Positions 47,829-58,010 are shown, numbered from the stretch's first letter. The stretch: 64,000 bases of DNA from Candidatus Delongbacteria bacterium (GCA_016937995.1 JAFGVM010000031.1:19-64018); one strand, 5' to 3'. The notes: generated from the letters alone by a model not told the origin. Numbers and translations are program-made.

Positions 47829-49007
47829 TTATATCTCCTTTCTGAACTCTTTAATGAACATCCTCATATCTTCAAGCAATACAGCATCAGGATTGCATCT
47901 TAGCACCATACCGTCAAGGAACATCAGACTTTTGATAATTGAAAACATACCTTTCTCAAAACTCATACCGCAGTTGACACCGAGTTTTATAGTCTGCATC
48001 ATTTTTTTTGTAAGAGAGACTTCTTTTACACTTTTTCCCTTAAAATCAGAATACAGATCATTGAACTTGATCCTGAATTTTTCAAATTTTCCATCATGAA
48101 TAGATATCTCAGCCATATCATTAAGGCTTTTTGCGCAATTGTCGTAATCATATTGAGAAAGAGCGTCAAAGAAGTTCAATAATCCATGACTGAGTTTTTC
48201 GCTTACATAGCCTATAGCTCCAGTGTCCACATAATAGATCTTGCCACAGCAAGTCATAAGATTCCCGGGGTGAATGTCTCCGTGAAAAGTCCCTATATTG
48301 AACATAAAGAAACCATGCAGCTTGAATAACAGCAGAAGATCTTCGTATTTCATTTCCGTATCAAGTATTTCATCGAAAGTTTTACCAGGTATATATTCTG
48401 ACACCATGATATTTTCTGATGATAGTTCTTTATATATTTTTGGGAATGCAAGTTTTGAGAGATCGAATAATTCAATGTTCTTTTCATATATTTCTTTAAG
48501 TATATCTTGTCCCTCTATTTCATTACGAAGGTCAAGCTCTCTGAGAGTATAATCCTCTATGTGTTCAAGAATTCCAATAGGATTGAAAACTCTTGCCAGT
48601 TTAGGATAGAAAAATATCGCGAACTTAAAAAGGCGTTTTACAGCCTTAACATCTTTTTCGAACTGCTTCTTAAAATTTGATTTGATTATTTTTATTACAA
48701 CTTCTTCGCCTGTCAGAAGTTTTGCTCTGTAAACCTGACCCACAGATGCTGTAGCTAGGGGAGAATCGTCAATATGGGAAAATTTTGATCTGTCCACATT
48801 TTTTAGAACATCCTCTGATCTGACAGGGGTATTTGTTCTATAAAGTTTTGATAGTTCAATACATGTATTTTCATCAAGAAAATCTATCCTAAGAGCATGA
48901 ACCTGACCGATCTTAACTGCTAAAAGACCCATCTTCTGGATCTTATCAATGTCAGGTTTGTTACGGTAGATCATTTTTATTAGTGATATGAAACTGAAAA
49001 TATTCAT
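47829..49007 (-). CDS. ABC1/UbiB family atypical kinase
   Basis: VKIGQ, PLATASVGQVYRA, VVIK, ELDLRNE, FHGDIHPGN. Confidence 0.92.
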   Translation of the reverse strand: MNIFSFISLIKMIYRNKPDIDKIQKMGLLAVKIGQVHALRIDFLDENTCIELSKLYRTNTPVRSEDVLKNVDRSKFSHIDDSPLATASVGQVYRAKLLTGEEVVIKIIKSNFKKQFEKDVKAVKRLFKFAIFFYPKLARVFNPIGILEHIEDYTLRELDLRNEIEGQDILKEIYEKNIELFDLSKLAFPKIYKELSSENIMVSEYIPGKTFDEILDTEMKYEDLLLLFKLHGFFMFNIGTFHGDIHPGNLMTCCGKIYYVDTGAIGYVSEKLSHGLLNFFDALSQYDYDNCAKSLNDMAEISIHDGKFEKFRIKFNDLYSDFKGKSVKEVSLTKKMMQTIKLGVNCGMSFEKGMFSIIKSLMFLDGMVLRCNPDAVLLEDMRMFIKEFRKEI

Positions 49008-49432
49008 TAAAAGTACTTCATTTTTATTTTAAGTATTTGTGGATTTGAAATAATTACTTTGCTGTCATCATAGTCTGGAGGTCCGAAAGAAGTTTTTGGG
49101 TTATTTGAAACTCCGAAACCTTCAACAGGTTTTCCATACCAGGTAGTATCTATTTCATCATTGTTATTTTCATCATGATGAATGGATACGGCATATTCAC
49201 CCGGTATTAAATTTAGATCAAAATCGCATTTATTATTTATTATCAATTTGTTGAACTGCATTATGGCATTTTCAGGTTTTGACGGGAAGCCGTCTTCTCT
49301 GTCAAATACAAGAATTCTTGCTTCTCCGGAGCTGTTTTTGAAATCTGAAACTTTAACTTTTACAATTAAAGAGTCATTTTGAGCATTAAGAAAAGAAAAT
49401 AACATCAGGATCAATAATGTCAGATAGTTCAT
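49007..49432 (-). CDS. DUF2141 family protein
   Basis: PGEYAVSIHHDEN...PVEGFGVSNN...FGPP. Confidence 0.9.
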   Translation of the reverse strand: MNYLTLLILMLFSFLNAQNDSLIVKVKVSDFKNSSGEARILVFDREDGFPSKPENAIMQFNKLIINNKCDFDLNLIPGEYAVSIHHDENNNDEIDTTWYGKPVEGFGVSNNPKTSFGPPDYDDSKVIISNPQILKIKMKYF

Positions 49433-50917
49433 TTATTGATCTCTTTTTATTATTAGTTCCGCAGAAATTCTGCCTGATTCATATATAGTGGGTAAACCGC
49501 TTCCAGGATGAGTTCCTCCGCCCACAAGATAGCAGTTCTTAAATTCTTCAAATTCATTATGCGGTCTTAAATAAAGCATCTGACCCACATTATGTGCCAG
49601 ATTAAAGGTTGCACCCAGATAAACAGAATGTTCGTTTTCCCAGTCTGAAGGAGTGACGATCTTTTCTTCAACAATATTTTCTTTTATTCCTGTATATCCG
49701 CCTTTTGTTTCAAGCAGATCAAGAACCTTATTTCTGTATTTCTCTTTTTCTTTATTCCAGTCAATGCCACTTTTATTATTTGGAACAGGAACCAGCACAT
49801 AGATCGCACTTTGACCTTCAGGAGCAAGAGTTTTATCTGTAACAGAAGCATTCTGAACATAAAAAGAAATATCATCAGAAAGAACTTTTGTAATTGTTAT
49901 CTCATCAACATTTTTCTTATAATCTTCAGCAAAAATGATACTGTGATGAGCAATTTCGGGATATTCTTTTTTAACACCCAGGTATAACATAAATGTTGAG
50001 CATGAATATTTCTTATTTTTTAGTTTTGTGTCTGTGTATTTTTTTCTGTCTTTTTTTTCAACAATATTTGACATTGCGTGTGCAAAATCTGCGTTTATTA
50101 TTGTATGATCAGAGAATTTCTTTTCACCGTTCTCCAATTCCACACCTTTTGCGGTCCCATTCTCAACGATAACTCTTTTTACAGGTGTTGACAGCTCGAT
50201 CTTTCCGCCTAGGTCCTCGAATGCTTTACTCATTTTAAACGAGAGCTGATTTAAACCTCCCGTAATATGATAGATGCCTCCGCCATGCTCGATATATGAG
50301 ATTATAGAGAAAGTACCGGGAGCACTCCATGGTGACATTCCGATATATTTAGCCTGGAAAGTGAATGCAATTCTGGTATCAGGGTCGTCAAAATATCTTG
50401 AGAGAACATTATATAAACTTGTATGAGCATCTAAATAAGGGATAGAAGTTATCAGTTGTTTTGAGAAGAAATCACTTATTTTACCATAAGGCATAGAAAG
50501 ACATGGTATAAGTTTATCGTATTTCTTTTTCTCTTTATTAAGATATTTGATATAGCCTTCAAAACTTCCAGGAGAGAATTTCTCCATAGTATCTTTCATC
50601 TTTTCCTTATCAGGAGATGGATATAATTCTCTTCCGTCATGAAATTTAAGTCTGTACATTGGATCAAGCTGAACCACATTCACGTAATCTTCAAGTTTTT
50701 TACCTGACTTTTCAAAAACTGTTTCAAGAACATCTTTCATCATAAAAAAAGTCGGACCTATATCAAAAGTATAATCACCAAGTTTAAAATAACTGTTCCT
50801 TCCACCAACTTTGCTTTCTTTTTCATATATTGTTACTTTATAACCTTTTGATGCAAGCATCATACCTGCTGCTAGTCCACCCGGACCTGCTCCTACTATC
50901 GATACACTTTTATTCAT
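49433..50917 (-). CDS. crtI: Phytoene/diapophytoene desaturase family (CrtI/CrtN)
   Basis: IVGAGPGGL FAD motif, FDIGPT and YLVGGGTHPGSGLP. Confidence 0.88.
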   Translation of the reverse strand: MNKSVSIVGAGPGGLAAGMMLASKGYKVTIYEKESKVGGRNSYFKLGDYTFDIGPTFFMMKDVLETVFEKSGKKLEDYVNVVQLDPMYRLKFHDGRELYPSPDKEKMKDTMEKFSPGSFEGYIKYLNKEKKKYDKLIPCLSMPYGKISDFFSKQLITSIPYLDAHTSLYNVLSRYFDDPDTRIAFTFQAKYIGMSPWSAPGTFSIISYIEHGGGIYHITGGLNQLSFKMSKAFEDLGGKIELSTPVKRVIVENGTAKGVELENGEKKFSDHTIINADFAHAMSNIVEKKDRKKYTDTKLKNKKYSCSTFMLYLGVKKEYPEIAHHSIIFAEDYKKNVDEITITKVLSDDISFYVQNASVTDKTLAPEGQSAIYVLVPVPNNKSGIDWNKEKEKYRNKVLDLLETKGGYTGIKENIVEEKIVTPSDWENEHSVYLGATFNLAHNVGQMLYLRPHNEFEEFKNCYLVGGGTHPGSGLPTIYESGRISAELIIKRDQ

Positions 50918-51063
50918 ATAAATTCCTATTACTCAGATTTTAAATAACAGATAATAATATAACGATAAATTTGTGTTTTTCAATATGATATATATTTTTT
51001 TGTTAAACAAACCACAGATAAATAGCATTTGTAAATTTAATGATATCTTTGTAAATTTTATTT

Positions 51064-51771
51064 ATGAGAATATGGGACATTAATCCGGGATATTTGAACA
51101 GGCAGAGTTTACTTGGAGAACATAGAGAGCTTCATGGTCTTGTTTCAATTATGATCAACGGTAAAAAAGGATATTCTAAACATCCTGAAACTGTTCGCTG
51201 GCTTAAATACGGCTGGGCAATAAATACCAGACATCAGTTGTTAGCTGCAGAAATGGAGCTTAGAGGATATAAGGATAAGAGTCCGGTCGGGACAAGATCA
51301 AACAAGTTCAAATGGCCTGAAATTTTTATAGATACACCCTATGAACAGTTTAAAATACTTAAAAAGAAATATGTCGATAAGGAACCGGGTCGAATACCTT
51401 TTCCTAAAAGTGTTCAGGAGCTTTGGGCACAGCATAAATACTCTGTAATGGCAAGAGATTATAATTTATATAAAAAGATCGGAACAGAGATCAACGGAAG
51501 TGGGAAGTGTACAGTTTTGAAAGAATTATCTCAAGAATTAACGAAAATTTTAAGAATAGTGCCTGAAGATAAAGGTTTGAGAAATACACTCCAGCATATG
51601 TGGGGATATGTTTCTAAATTCAGTGATCTGACCGGGAAGGAATTAAATAACACTTCTCAAGCTAATTTCTTGAGTATCATTCAGAAGCTTGCAAAAGAAA
51701 ATGACGAAAAATATCTGTTAAATTCAACTGCCTTAAGTGAACTGATGGTTTGGATTCGTTTGGCAGGTTGA
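51064..51771 (+). CDS. Pyrimidine-dimer DNA glycosylase (EndoV-like) fused to a DUF1722-like domain
   Basis: MRIWD...LLGEHRELH...KGYSKHPET, then WAQHKYSVMAR...NTLQHMWGY. Confidence 0.85.
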   Translation: MRIWDINPGYLNRQSLLGEHRELHGLVSIMINGKKGYSKHPETVRWLKYGWAINTRHQLLAAEMELRGYKDKSPVGTRSNKFKWPEIFIDTPYEQFKILKKKYVDKEPGRIPFPKSVQELWAQHKYSVMARDYNLYKKIGTEINGSGKCTVLKELSQELTKILRIVPEDKGLRNTLQHMWGYVSKFSDLTGKELNNTSQANFLSIIQKLAKENDEKYLLNSTALSELMVWIRLAG

Positions 51772-51813
51772 TAGATTAAGCTAAAATCCTAATTTTTTAT
51801 AGATGTGTAAATG

Positions 51814-51845
51814 AAAAAGGAATTTCGTTTGAAATTCTTTTTTTT
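51814..51845. terminator. Probable terminator
   Basis: AAAAAGGAATTTC-GTTT-GAAATTCTTTTTTTT. Confidence 0.7.
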
Positions 51846-51864
51846 ATCCCACTTTCTTACCCAA

Positions 51865-51897
51865 CGCCATTATTTGTCCCTCATACTTATCTATATT
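51865..51897 (+). promoter_or_regulatory. Shared promoter motif, copy 1
   Basis: CGCCA-TTATT-TGTCCC-N11-TATATT. Confidence 0.65.
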
Positions 51898-51937
51898 ACC
51901 TATGTAGTTACGATTTCTAAATTACAGAGGAAGCATC

Positions 51938-52153
51938 ATGTCTGAATTGAATATTGAAGTTTTATTTGAAAGCTGGCTGATCTATGATGGTAATGATCCT
52001 TCATTTAAAAAGAATAAAATAATAAGACCTACATTTTTATCATCAGATATATCAAAAAATGCAATTTCTCAAGTAGTTAATGAAATAGATGTTGAGGTAG
52101 AAATGAATGAATTTCATATACTTAACTTAAAAAAATGTAATCCCATAAAATAA
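51938..52153 (+). CDS. Hypothetical small protein (possibly truncated)
   Basis: GAGGA RBS, lies directly downstream of the shared promoter. Confidence 0.45.
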   Translation: MSELNIEVLFESWLIYDGNDPSFKKNKIIRPTFLSSDISKNAISQVVNEIDVEVEMNEFHILNLKKCNPIK

Positions 52154-52166
52154 AAAAGAGGAGATC

Positions 52167-52709
52167 ATGAGCAGTCTATACAGGATCATTAAAGAAAATT
52201 TAAGAAGAAATGATTTAAACGAAGTTTCCAAAAAAGCAGGTTTAAGCACTAAATTATTAACGCAAATTTTAAATGATTATTATTTCGGTTTTATCAGCAA
52301 AATAAATCCGGTCGAACCAAGAAAATTTCTAAAAATATTATGTTCATTTACTGGTATGAAAGAATTGAAGATAAATAACCGCATAGAGATGTTTATTAGG
52401 GATATGAACAGTTTTAAATCTTCACTCCCGTATATTTTTGTTGATACGGGTTTTGTTAGAGTTAGTCAGCCTGTTTTTGTTTTGGCACTATTTGAAAATA
52501 GTAGAAGATTTAAGATAAAACCTGAAGATGATATTGGAAATATAATCAGAGAACATTTTAAGAAAACAGAAGGAAAGCTTAATCTGTGGGGAAAGATCAG
52601 TCAGTATTTTTATCACGATGAATTAAACAGGATCTCGGTTTATGATACCAAAGGTAATAAAATCGAAACTGATGATATAAATGAGACATGTGCAACACTA
52701 AACATTTAA
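52167..52709 (+). CDS. Hypothetical protein, possible N-terminal HTH
   Basis: GAGGAG RBS. LNEVSKKAGLSTKLLTQIL is HTH-like. Confidence 0.65.
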   Translation: MSSLYRIIKENLRRNDLNEVSKKAGLSTKLLTQILNDYYFGFISKINPVEPRKFLKILCSFTGMKELKINNRIEMFIRDMNSFKSSLPYIFVDTGFVRVSQPVFVLALFENSRRFKIKPEDDIGNIIREHFKKTEGKLNLWGKISQYFYHDELNRISVYDTKGNKIETDDINETCATLNI

Positions 52710-52726
52710 TTTGATAAGAGAAACTT

Positions 52727-53017
52727 ATGAAGTTTGAAATAACTGATGATCTTGGAGATATTTCAGAGACTGCAATTGAAGTAAATTGGAGATTAATATC
52801 AATTGAGAAATTTAATGATATAGATCTTGAATTTCGAACCTGTTGTAACACTCTTATGTTAGGTTACTGGTTTGATTTTGAAGACAGAAAAAGATTTAAA
52901 ATTGTTTGTCAGTCAAGGAATAAAGAAGGTATATATACACCTTTTGATGGTATTCTCAGAGAATTTAAAGATTCAGGATTGGAACCATTTATTCTGGAAT
53001 ATATCAAGAGTAATTGA
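52727..53017 (+). CDS. Hypothetical protein
   Basis: 96-aa ORF co-oriented in the island. Confidence 0.55.
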   Translation: MKFEITDDLGDISETAIEVNWRLISIEKFNDIDLEFRTCCNTLMLGYWFDFEDRKRFKIVCQSRNKEGIYTPFDGILREFKDSGLEPFILEYIKSN

Positions 53018-53114
53018 AATAGACGAATAGCGCACCAAAAAACTGACTTTTTAAAATTATTAGTTTATATTTATGATGAATAAATATAACAAACTTTTAA
53101 AAAAGGGCTGAAGA

Positions 53115-53855
53115 ATGACTACAAAAGTAAAAAATGGTTTAATTGGATTTTTTGACATACTAGGTTATTCTTCATTTCTTGAAAATAATGAAGCTGTAAT
53201 TGCAGTTGATATTATAACTGACTTGTTAAGAGAGATTCAGACTTTAAAAGAAAATGCAATTAAAACTTTTAGCATAGAAAATACTGTATATAGTGAAATT
53301 GTAAAAAGGATTGAATATCTTATAATAAGTGATTCTATCATCTTGTCATTAGTATGTAAAAAACGGGAAGATGAAGATAATGAATATAAAGATGAGCTAA
53401 AAGTATTTTTACTTTATAGTTCTTTTTTAATGAAAAAGCTCTTCATAAAAGGACTTCCATTAAGGGGTAGTATTGATTATGGAGAATTTGTAATAGTTGA
53501 AAACACTTTCGTGGGTAAACCGATTATTAATTCATATAAAGCTGGGAATAAGATAAATCTTGCAGCATGTTCAATATTAGAACCTGTAGGGATTGATATT
53601 TTAAAAGATCTTGAAAATGACTTATATTTTAAATACAATACTCCTATAAGAAATGGTGAAGAAATTTCAACATTACTCCATTTTTTAATTGGTGAAGGAG
53701 AAGGTGATAATTACAAATTAGATAAAATAAAAGATTTTAAACAATTTATAATGGATTCGTTTGTGAAACATAATAAACCACTTGACAAAAAAGTTTATCA
53801 AAAAATTATAAATACAGAAATGTTTTTAAGATTTTGTAAGGCTATAACGAAATAA
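53115..53855 (+). CDS. Class III nucleotide cyclase-like (palm-domain) protein
   Basis: GFFDILGY (first Asp), IISDSI (second Asp), LPLRGSIDYGE and FVGKPIINSY. Confidence 0.7.
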   Translation: MTTKVKNGLIGFFDILGYSSFLENNEAVIAVDIITDLLREIQTLKENAIKTFSIENTVYSEIVKRIEYLIISDSIILSLVCKKREDEDNEYKDELKVFLLYSSFLMKKLFIKGLPLRGSIDYGEFVIVENTFVGKPIINSYKAGNKINLAACSILEPVGIDILKDLENDLYFKYNTPIRNGEEISTLLHFLIGEGEGDNYKLDKIKDFKQFIMDSFVKHNKPLDKKVYQKIINTEMFLRFCKAITK

Positions 53856-53882
53856 ATGAATTATAATTAAAGAAAAAGGAGA

Positions 53883-55703
53883 ATGATTATGAAGCTTCAA
53901 AAAATAATTGAACGGGTAAATCTAAACGAAATTAGTAAGTTTTATAATATCTTAACAAATCTCATACCCGAGAAGAAAGATTTGGATAAAAAAGCTGATC
54001 CTGAAAGCTTCGTAGAAATATTCAATACTAACCGAATCCGAAACCTTTACAAAGAAAGTTTAATGAAAGCTATAAAAAAGGAAGTTGACATAGATATTGC
54101 GACTGATATTCTTATACGTGATGGAAATTCCATTATGTCAATACGTTGGTTCGAAGATCTTTTTGAAAAAGAGCTGAAAGAAATCGAACAACAAATAAAT
54201 AATGTTAAAAATATTTTAGAAAAAGGTACTAAAGAAATAAATGAATTAAGAATAAGGGATTATAAAATTTATCATAATTGTGTAAAAACTGCTTTTACAA
54301 ATGATTTAGAAAAAGGCAAATTAGAAAAAATAACAGATGATGAACTTACTGTTTTAAATACTCTTAAGGAATCACTGGAATTATCTAATACAGAAGCTAG
54401 AGGAATTTATCTTTTTACAACAAACACAGATCTCAAAAAATACAGAATTGATTCTGTAATCGAAAAATTAAAATCAAATGGGATAGGATTTTATATTACT
54501 AAAGAGAAAAATCTATATATACCAGAAGAATTTATTATTCTACTAAGAGAAATAAAAGGAATAAAGTTAGCAGAAAAATATCAAAGAAGGATTCTGATAT
54601 GCCTTGATGATACAATGATTAATGAACTAAAAAGGAAGCATGGAATTAAAGCAAAAAACCGACATGAAAAAATTGAAGAATTGATTAAACAGGGTATTGA
54701 TATTGAAAATGTTTTAAATACTGGAATTTTCAAAGATTCGATTAGTGAAAATGATAAGAAGAAAATTTTAAACAATATAATTGAAAACAAATTAGGTTTA
54801 TACTTACAGAAATCAGGTCGATCAGTAAATGAAAAAATATCTTTATTATTACAGTATTATGAGAAAGATGAGATCGAACAAAATATCGGGATGTCAAAAG
54901 AAGGTTATGATGAAATGATGAGGGATTTATTGAAAATTGATGGTTTCGAAAGAAAAATTAGAGATAAATTCGAACTGGATGAGAAAAAAGTAAAATTATT
55001 GAGCGAAGATTTATTGGATTATAACATAAAGCCTAAAGATATATTGTATTTATTACCGTTAAATCAAATAAAAGAATTTTGTAAGTTAAAAGGAATAAAA
55101 TACCGAGGTGAAAATGTTATTCGTCAAGTATTGGAAAACTATACCAAGTCAGAAGATAGATACATTGAGAACTATACCCTAATAGCTAAAAATGATAAAA
55201 TCGGATTAAAAGAAAATGGAATATTAATCGAAAGTGGAATAGGATTATTATTTGAAAAAGTAACAAAGCAAATATTTACCAAGATGAATTTAACAGTTAA
55301 TGAAGAATTAAAAAAGTCTATAAATAATAGAAAAAATAAAGCTGACATAATAATCGAGGGTGTTAACGATAAAACCATCTATATTGTGGAATGTAAATCT
55401 TCACAAAAAGATTTTGCAAGTTTCTCGGATACAAGCCGTCAAATAAAAGCATATGTGGAACTATATAGCAAAAAGGGATATTTTATACAAGGTGTTATAT
55501 TAGTATCAAATTCTTTTACTGAAGAATTCAAAGACTCCGTAAAAACTTTTCCGACATCTAGAATTTCACTCTTAGAAGCCATGGATTTATATGATATTTA
55601 TGAAGAATATAAAAGATTAGGTTTAGAAACCTTCCCATTATCACTTTTAGGAGATAAAATTATTCTATCTGAAAATGTAATAAAAGGTTTAAGACAATTC
55701 TAA
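53883..55703 (+). CDS. Large helical protein with a C-terminal PD-(D/E)xK (Mrr-like) nuclease domain
   Basis: GLLFE...KADIII...IYIVECKS...RQIKAY...VILVSNSFT. Confidence 0.75.
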   Translation: MIMKLQKIIERVNLNEISKFYNILTNLIPEKKDLDKKADPESFVEIFNTNRIRNLYKESLMKAIKKEVDIDIATDILIRDGNSIMSIRWFEDLFEKELKEIEQQINNVKNILEKGTKEINELRIRDYKIYHNCVKTAFTNDLEKGKLEKITDDELTVLNTLKESLELSNTEARGIYLFTTNTDLKKYRIDSVIEKLKSNGIGFYITKEKNLYIPEEFIILLREIKGIKLAEKYQRRILICLDDTMINELKRKHGIKAKNRHEKIEELIKQGIDIENVLNTGIFKDSISENDKKKILNNIIENKLGLYLQKSGRSVNEKISLLLQYYEKDEIEQNIGMSKEGYDEMMRDLLKIDGFERKIRDKFELDEKKVKLLSEDLLDYNIKPKDILYLLPLNQIKEFCKLKGIKYRGENVIRQVLENYTKSEDRYIENYTLIAKNDKIGLKENGILIESGIGLLFEKVTKQIFTKMNLTVNEELKKSINNRKNKADIIIEGVNDKTIYIVECKSSQKDFASFSDTSRQIKAYVELYSKKGYFIQGVILVSNSFTEEFKDSVKTFPTSRISLLEAMDLYDIYEEYKRLGLETFPLSLLGDKIILSENVIKGLRQF

Positions 55704-55776
55704 TTACGTATTTGTCAAAAGATAGCAATATATATTAGTTATCCTTTTAAATTTTAAAATTAAATAACAGTTCGTA

Positions 55777-56649
55777 ATGTTAATTATTATGAGGAAATTA
55801 ATGGGAAATAATACTACGAAACCACCATACGATGGATATGTAGAAACACTTTCAAAAAAGTTTGAATCTAGACTTAACGAAATTGAAATTGATTATAACT
55901 TCGATTATGGAAATGAATTTGAAATTGCAATATGTGAAGTGTTAAGAAGTTTCTTGCCTGAAAAGTATGGTGTTTGTAGAGGTCATGTAGTAAATTTTAA
56001 AGGGGGAAAAATAGGAGATGATATAATCATATATGATCAACAAAAGTTTCCATCTTTAAGGATCCACGACAAGCAACAATACGCACGCAAAGAAAATATT
56101 CCTATTGAATCGGTTTATGCATATTTTGAAGTGAAGCATTCTCTTGATGATAAAACTTACAAAAAAGCTTTAAAACAGATAAGAATCGCTAAGAAATTCT
56201 TTAGAAATAGAGATAAAGTAGATGAAGGAACATTTAACATATATTCCAAGCCTCTTGAGCAAAATGTTAAATACTGCCCAGATTATCCAAATTATAGAAA
56301 TCCAATTTATTGTGGTATTATAGCCCGAAAAACTGAGTTTGATGAAGATAAGATAAAAGAAAAAGTAAAAGAATTAAATAAGAATGACAATGAGAATGAT
56401 AATCCAGATATAATTCTGATAGACAAAAATCAATACATACAAATTGGCTATAAGAAAGAAGATAAAAAAGAATTCGCACCTACTTTATTCTTGCTAGAAG
56501 AAAAAAATCATTGCTATGAATATGAAAATAGAGAAAAATTAGCTTATGGACTTTTCCTGATATCACTAATTACAGCGTTGGATTGGATTATATTGGGAAA
56601 AATGGAATGGATAGATTGTTTAAATCATTATGTTGATAAAAACCAATAA
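55777..56649 (+). CDS. NucC-like / DUF6602 PD-(D/E)xK endonuclease
   Basis: GNEFE...LRSFLPEKYGVCRGHVVN...DIIIYD...IPIESVYAYFEVK parallels the NucC motif order. The start may be ATG 55801. Confidence 0.75.
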   Translation: MLIIMRKLMGNNTTKPPYDGYVETLSKKFESRLNEIEIDYNFDYGNEFEIAICEVLRSFLPEKYGVCRGHVVNFKGGKIGDDIIIYDQQKFPSLRIHDKQQYARKENIPIESVYAYFEVKHSLDDKTYKKALKQIRIAKKFFRNRDKVDEGTFNIYSKPLEQNVKYCPDYPNYRNPIYCGIIARKTEFDEDKIKEKVKELNKNDNENDNPDIILIDKNQYIQIGYKKEDKKEFAPTLFLLEEKNHCYEYENREKLAYGLFLISLITALDWIILGKMEWIDCLNHYVDKNQ

Positions 56650-56729
56650 TAATATTTACCTTAAGTTATCAAAATTTGGCAAACTTTAAATAATAGTATA
56701 GATTGTAAATAGAAAACAGGAAAATTAAA

Positions 56730-57875
56730 ATGTATAATTCCCTGAAAATCATATTTCTTCTCTCACTCAGCCTCTTGACAGTAGTTTATGCACAATCTTC
56801 AGCAACTCTTAACATTTATAGCTTCGCACTGAGTGATGAATCTAAAGTTAAATCTTTTAGTTTATATCTTAATAAAAAAAAGATTGTAACATTCAAAAAT
56901 GGAGAACGAATTAGTATTAAAATTCTTAACCCTAAAAATTTATCAGTCAAGATAAGAAATAGAACAACCGGATATACATATAAAACTGATTTTGATTTTA
57001 AGAATGATTATACATATTATTGGGAATTTTCAACCCTGACACAATACGCAAAAAAAGAAAGATCTGAAGCTATCGAAGAAATGAAACAGGAAGGTACATT
57101 TTTATCTGATTCTGTTAGATTTTTAGTCGTTGATATTAAATCGGATAAATTGATTGTAAAAGACAAAAAAAATATCAGCATAGCAAAGGTTGATTTTGGT
57201 AAAGAGAAAGAAAATTTAAGCATACCTGACGAAATACCGGAAAGACCTAATCCTGTGGGTGCAAAAGAAATTGATGATTTTGTAAATAAGGCTTTTGATA
57301 TTTACGAAACAACAAAAGCGTTTTCGGATCAAATCAGAAATATTAATTCCAAAATTCAAGAGCTGATGGAATTACAGAATATTGTTGGAAATCCAATAAA
57401 AAAGGTAAAGAAAGAAGCAATGCTGATACAGAGAAATATAACTACTCTGATAAATGATTCTCAGGAATTATCAAAGTTAGCTCCGAATATTTTAAATGGA
57501 GCTAAGAGTTTAAAGTTTACAAAAATTGCTACTGCTACCAAAAATATATTATCTGCTGTCGATGCAGTAAAATGGTCTCTCATTACACTAGGCGAGCTGA
57601 TTAACGATCTTCCCGGTATTTTATCTGATATTGCAAGTTTCGAAAAAAATAATAATATTACAGATACAGAAGTAATTCTAGAAGATATCGTAGAAGTCCA
57701 ACCCGATCAAGTGAATAACGAAACTTCTAATGTTTCGTTAATCGTAGTAAAAGAAAGCGAAGTCGAAACTCAAAAACTTGGTCCCGGTCAGATGATATTA
57801 ACAACAGATACCAAAAAGCTACTGATCTTTGATGGAGATAAATTCAGAGAAGTAGTCTTAAAAGATTGGAAGTAA
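56730..57875 (+). CDS. Hypothetical secreted protein
   Basis: Signal peptide (…VVYA-Q), a beta-rich N-terminal domain and a helical C-terminal domain. Confidence 0.65.
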   Translation: MYNSLKIIFLLSLSLLTVVYAQSSATLNIYSFALSDESKVKSFSLYLNKKKIVTFKNGERISIKILNPKNLSVKIRNRTTGYTYKTDFDFKNDYTYYWEFSTLTQYAKKERSEAIEEMKQEGTFLSDSVRFLVVDIKSDKLIVKDKKNISIAKVDFGKEKENLSIPDEIPERPNPVGAKEIDDFVNKAFDIYETTKAFSDQIRNINSKIQELMELQNIVGNPIKKVKKEAMLIQRNITTLINDSQELSKLAPNILNGAKSLKFTKIATATKNILSAVDAVKWSLITLGELINDLPGILSDIASFEKNNNITDTEVILEDIVEVQPDQVNNETSNVSLIVVKESEVETQKLGPGQMILTTDTKKLLIFDGDKFREVVLKDWK

Positions 57876-57932
57876 GATTGGCATAAATGTCGCCCAAATT
57901 CCGTTTTATAACGCACCCAATTAAATATTTCT

Positions 57933-57959
57933 AAAAAGCTCCTTCGGGAGCATTTATTT
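57933..57959 (+). terminator. Probable terminator
   Basis: GCTCC-TTCG-GGAGC hairpin followed by ATTTATTT. Confidence 0.6.
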
Positions 57960-57977
57960 CTACATTTTTCACCAAAA

Positions 57978-58010
57978 GGTCATCATTTGACCTAGTGCTT
58001 ATCATATCTT
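57978..58010 (+). promoter_or_regulatory. Shared promoter motif, copy 2
   Basis: GGTCA-TCATT-TGACCT-N11-TATCTT. Confidence 0.6.

Noticed and set aside
57879-57911. Possible sixth copy of the shared promoter motif (TGGCA-TAAA-TGTCGC); also a weak one at 53044
   Set aside because: At 57879 the spacer is 4 nt and no TANNNT lies at +11. The 53044 site has the -10 spacing but lacks the left half-site.
53000-58000. Integron cassette array
   Set aside because: The genes are co-oriented and AT-rich, but no convincing attC (RYYYAAC...GTTRRRY palindromes) or intI was found.
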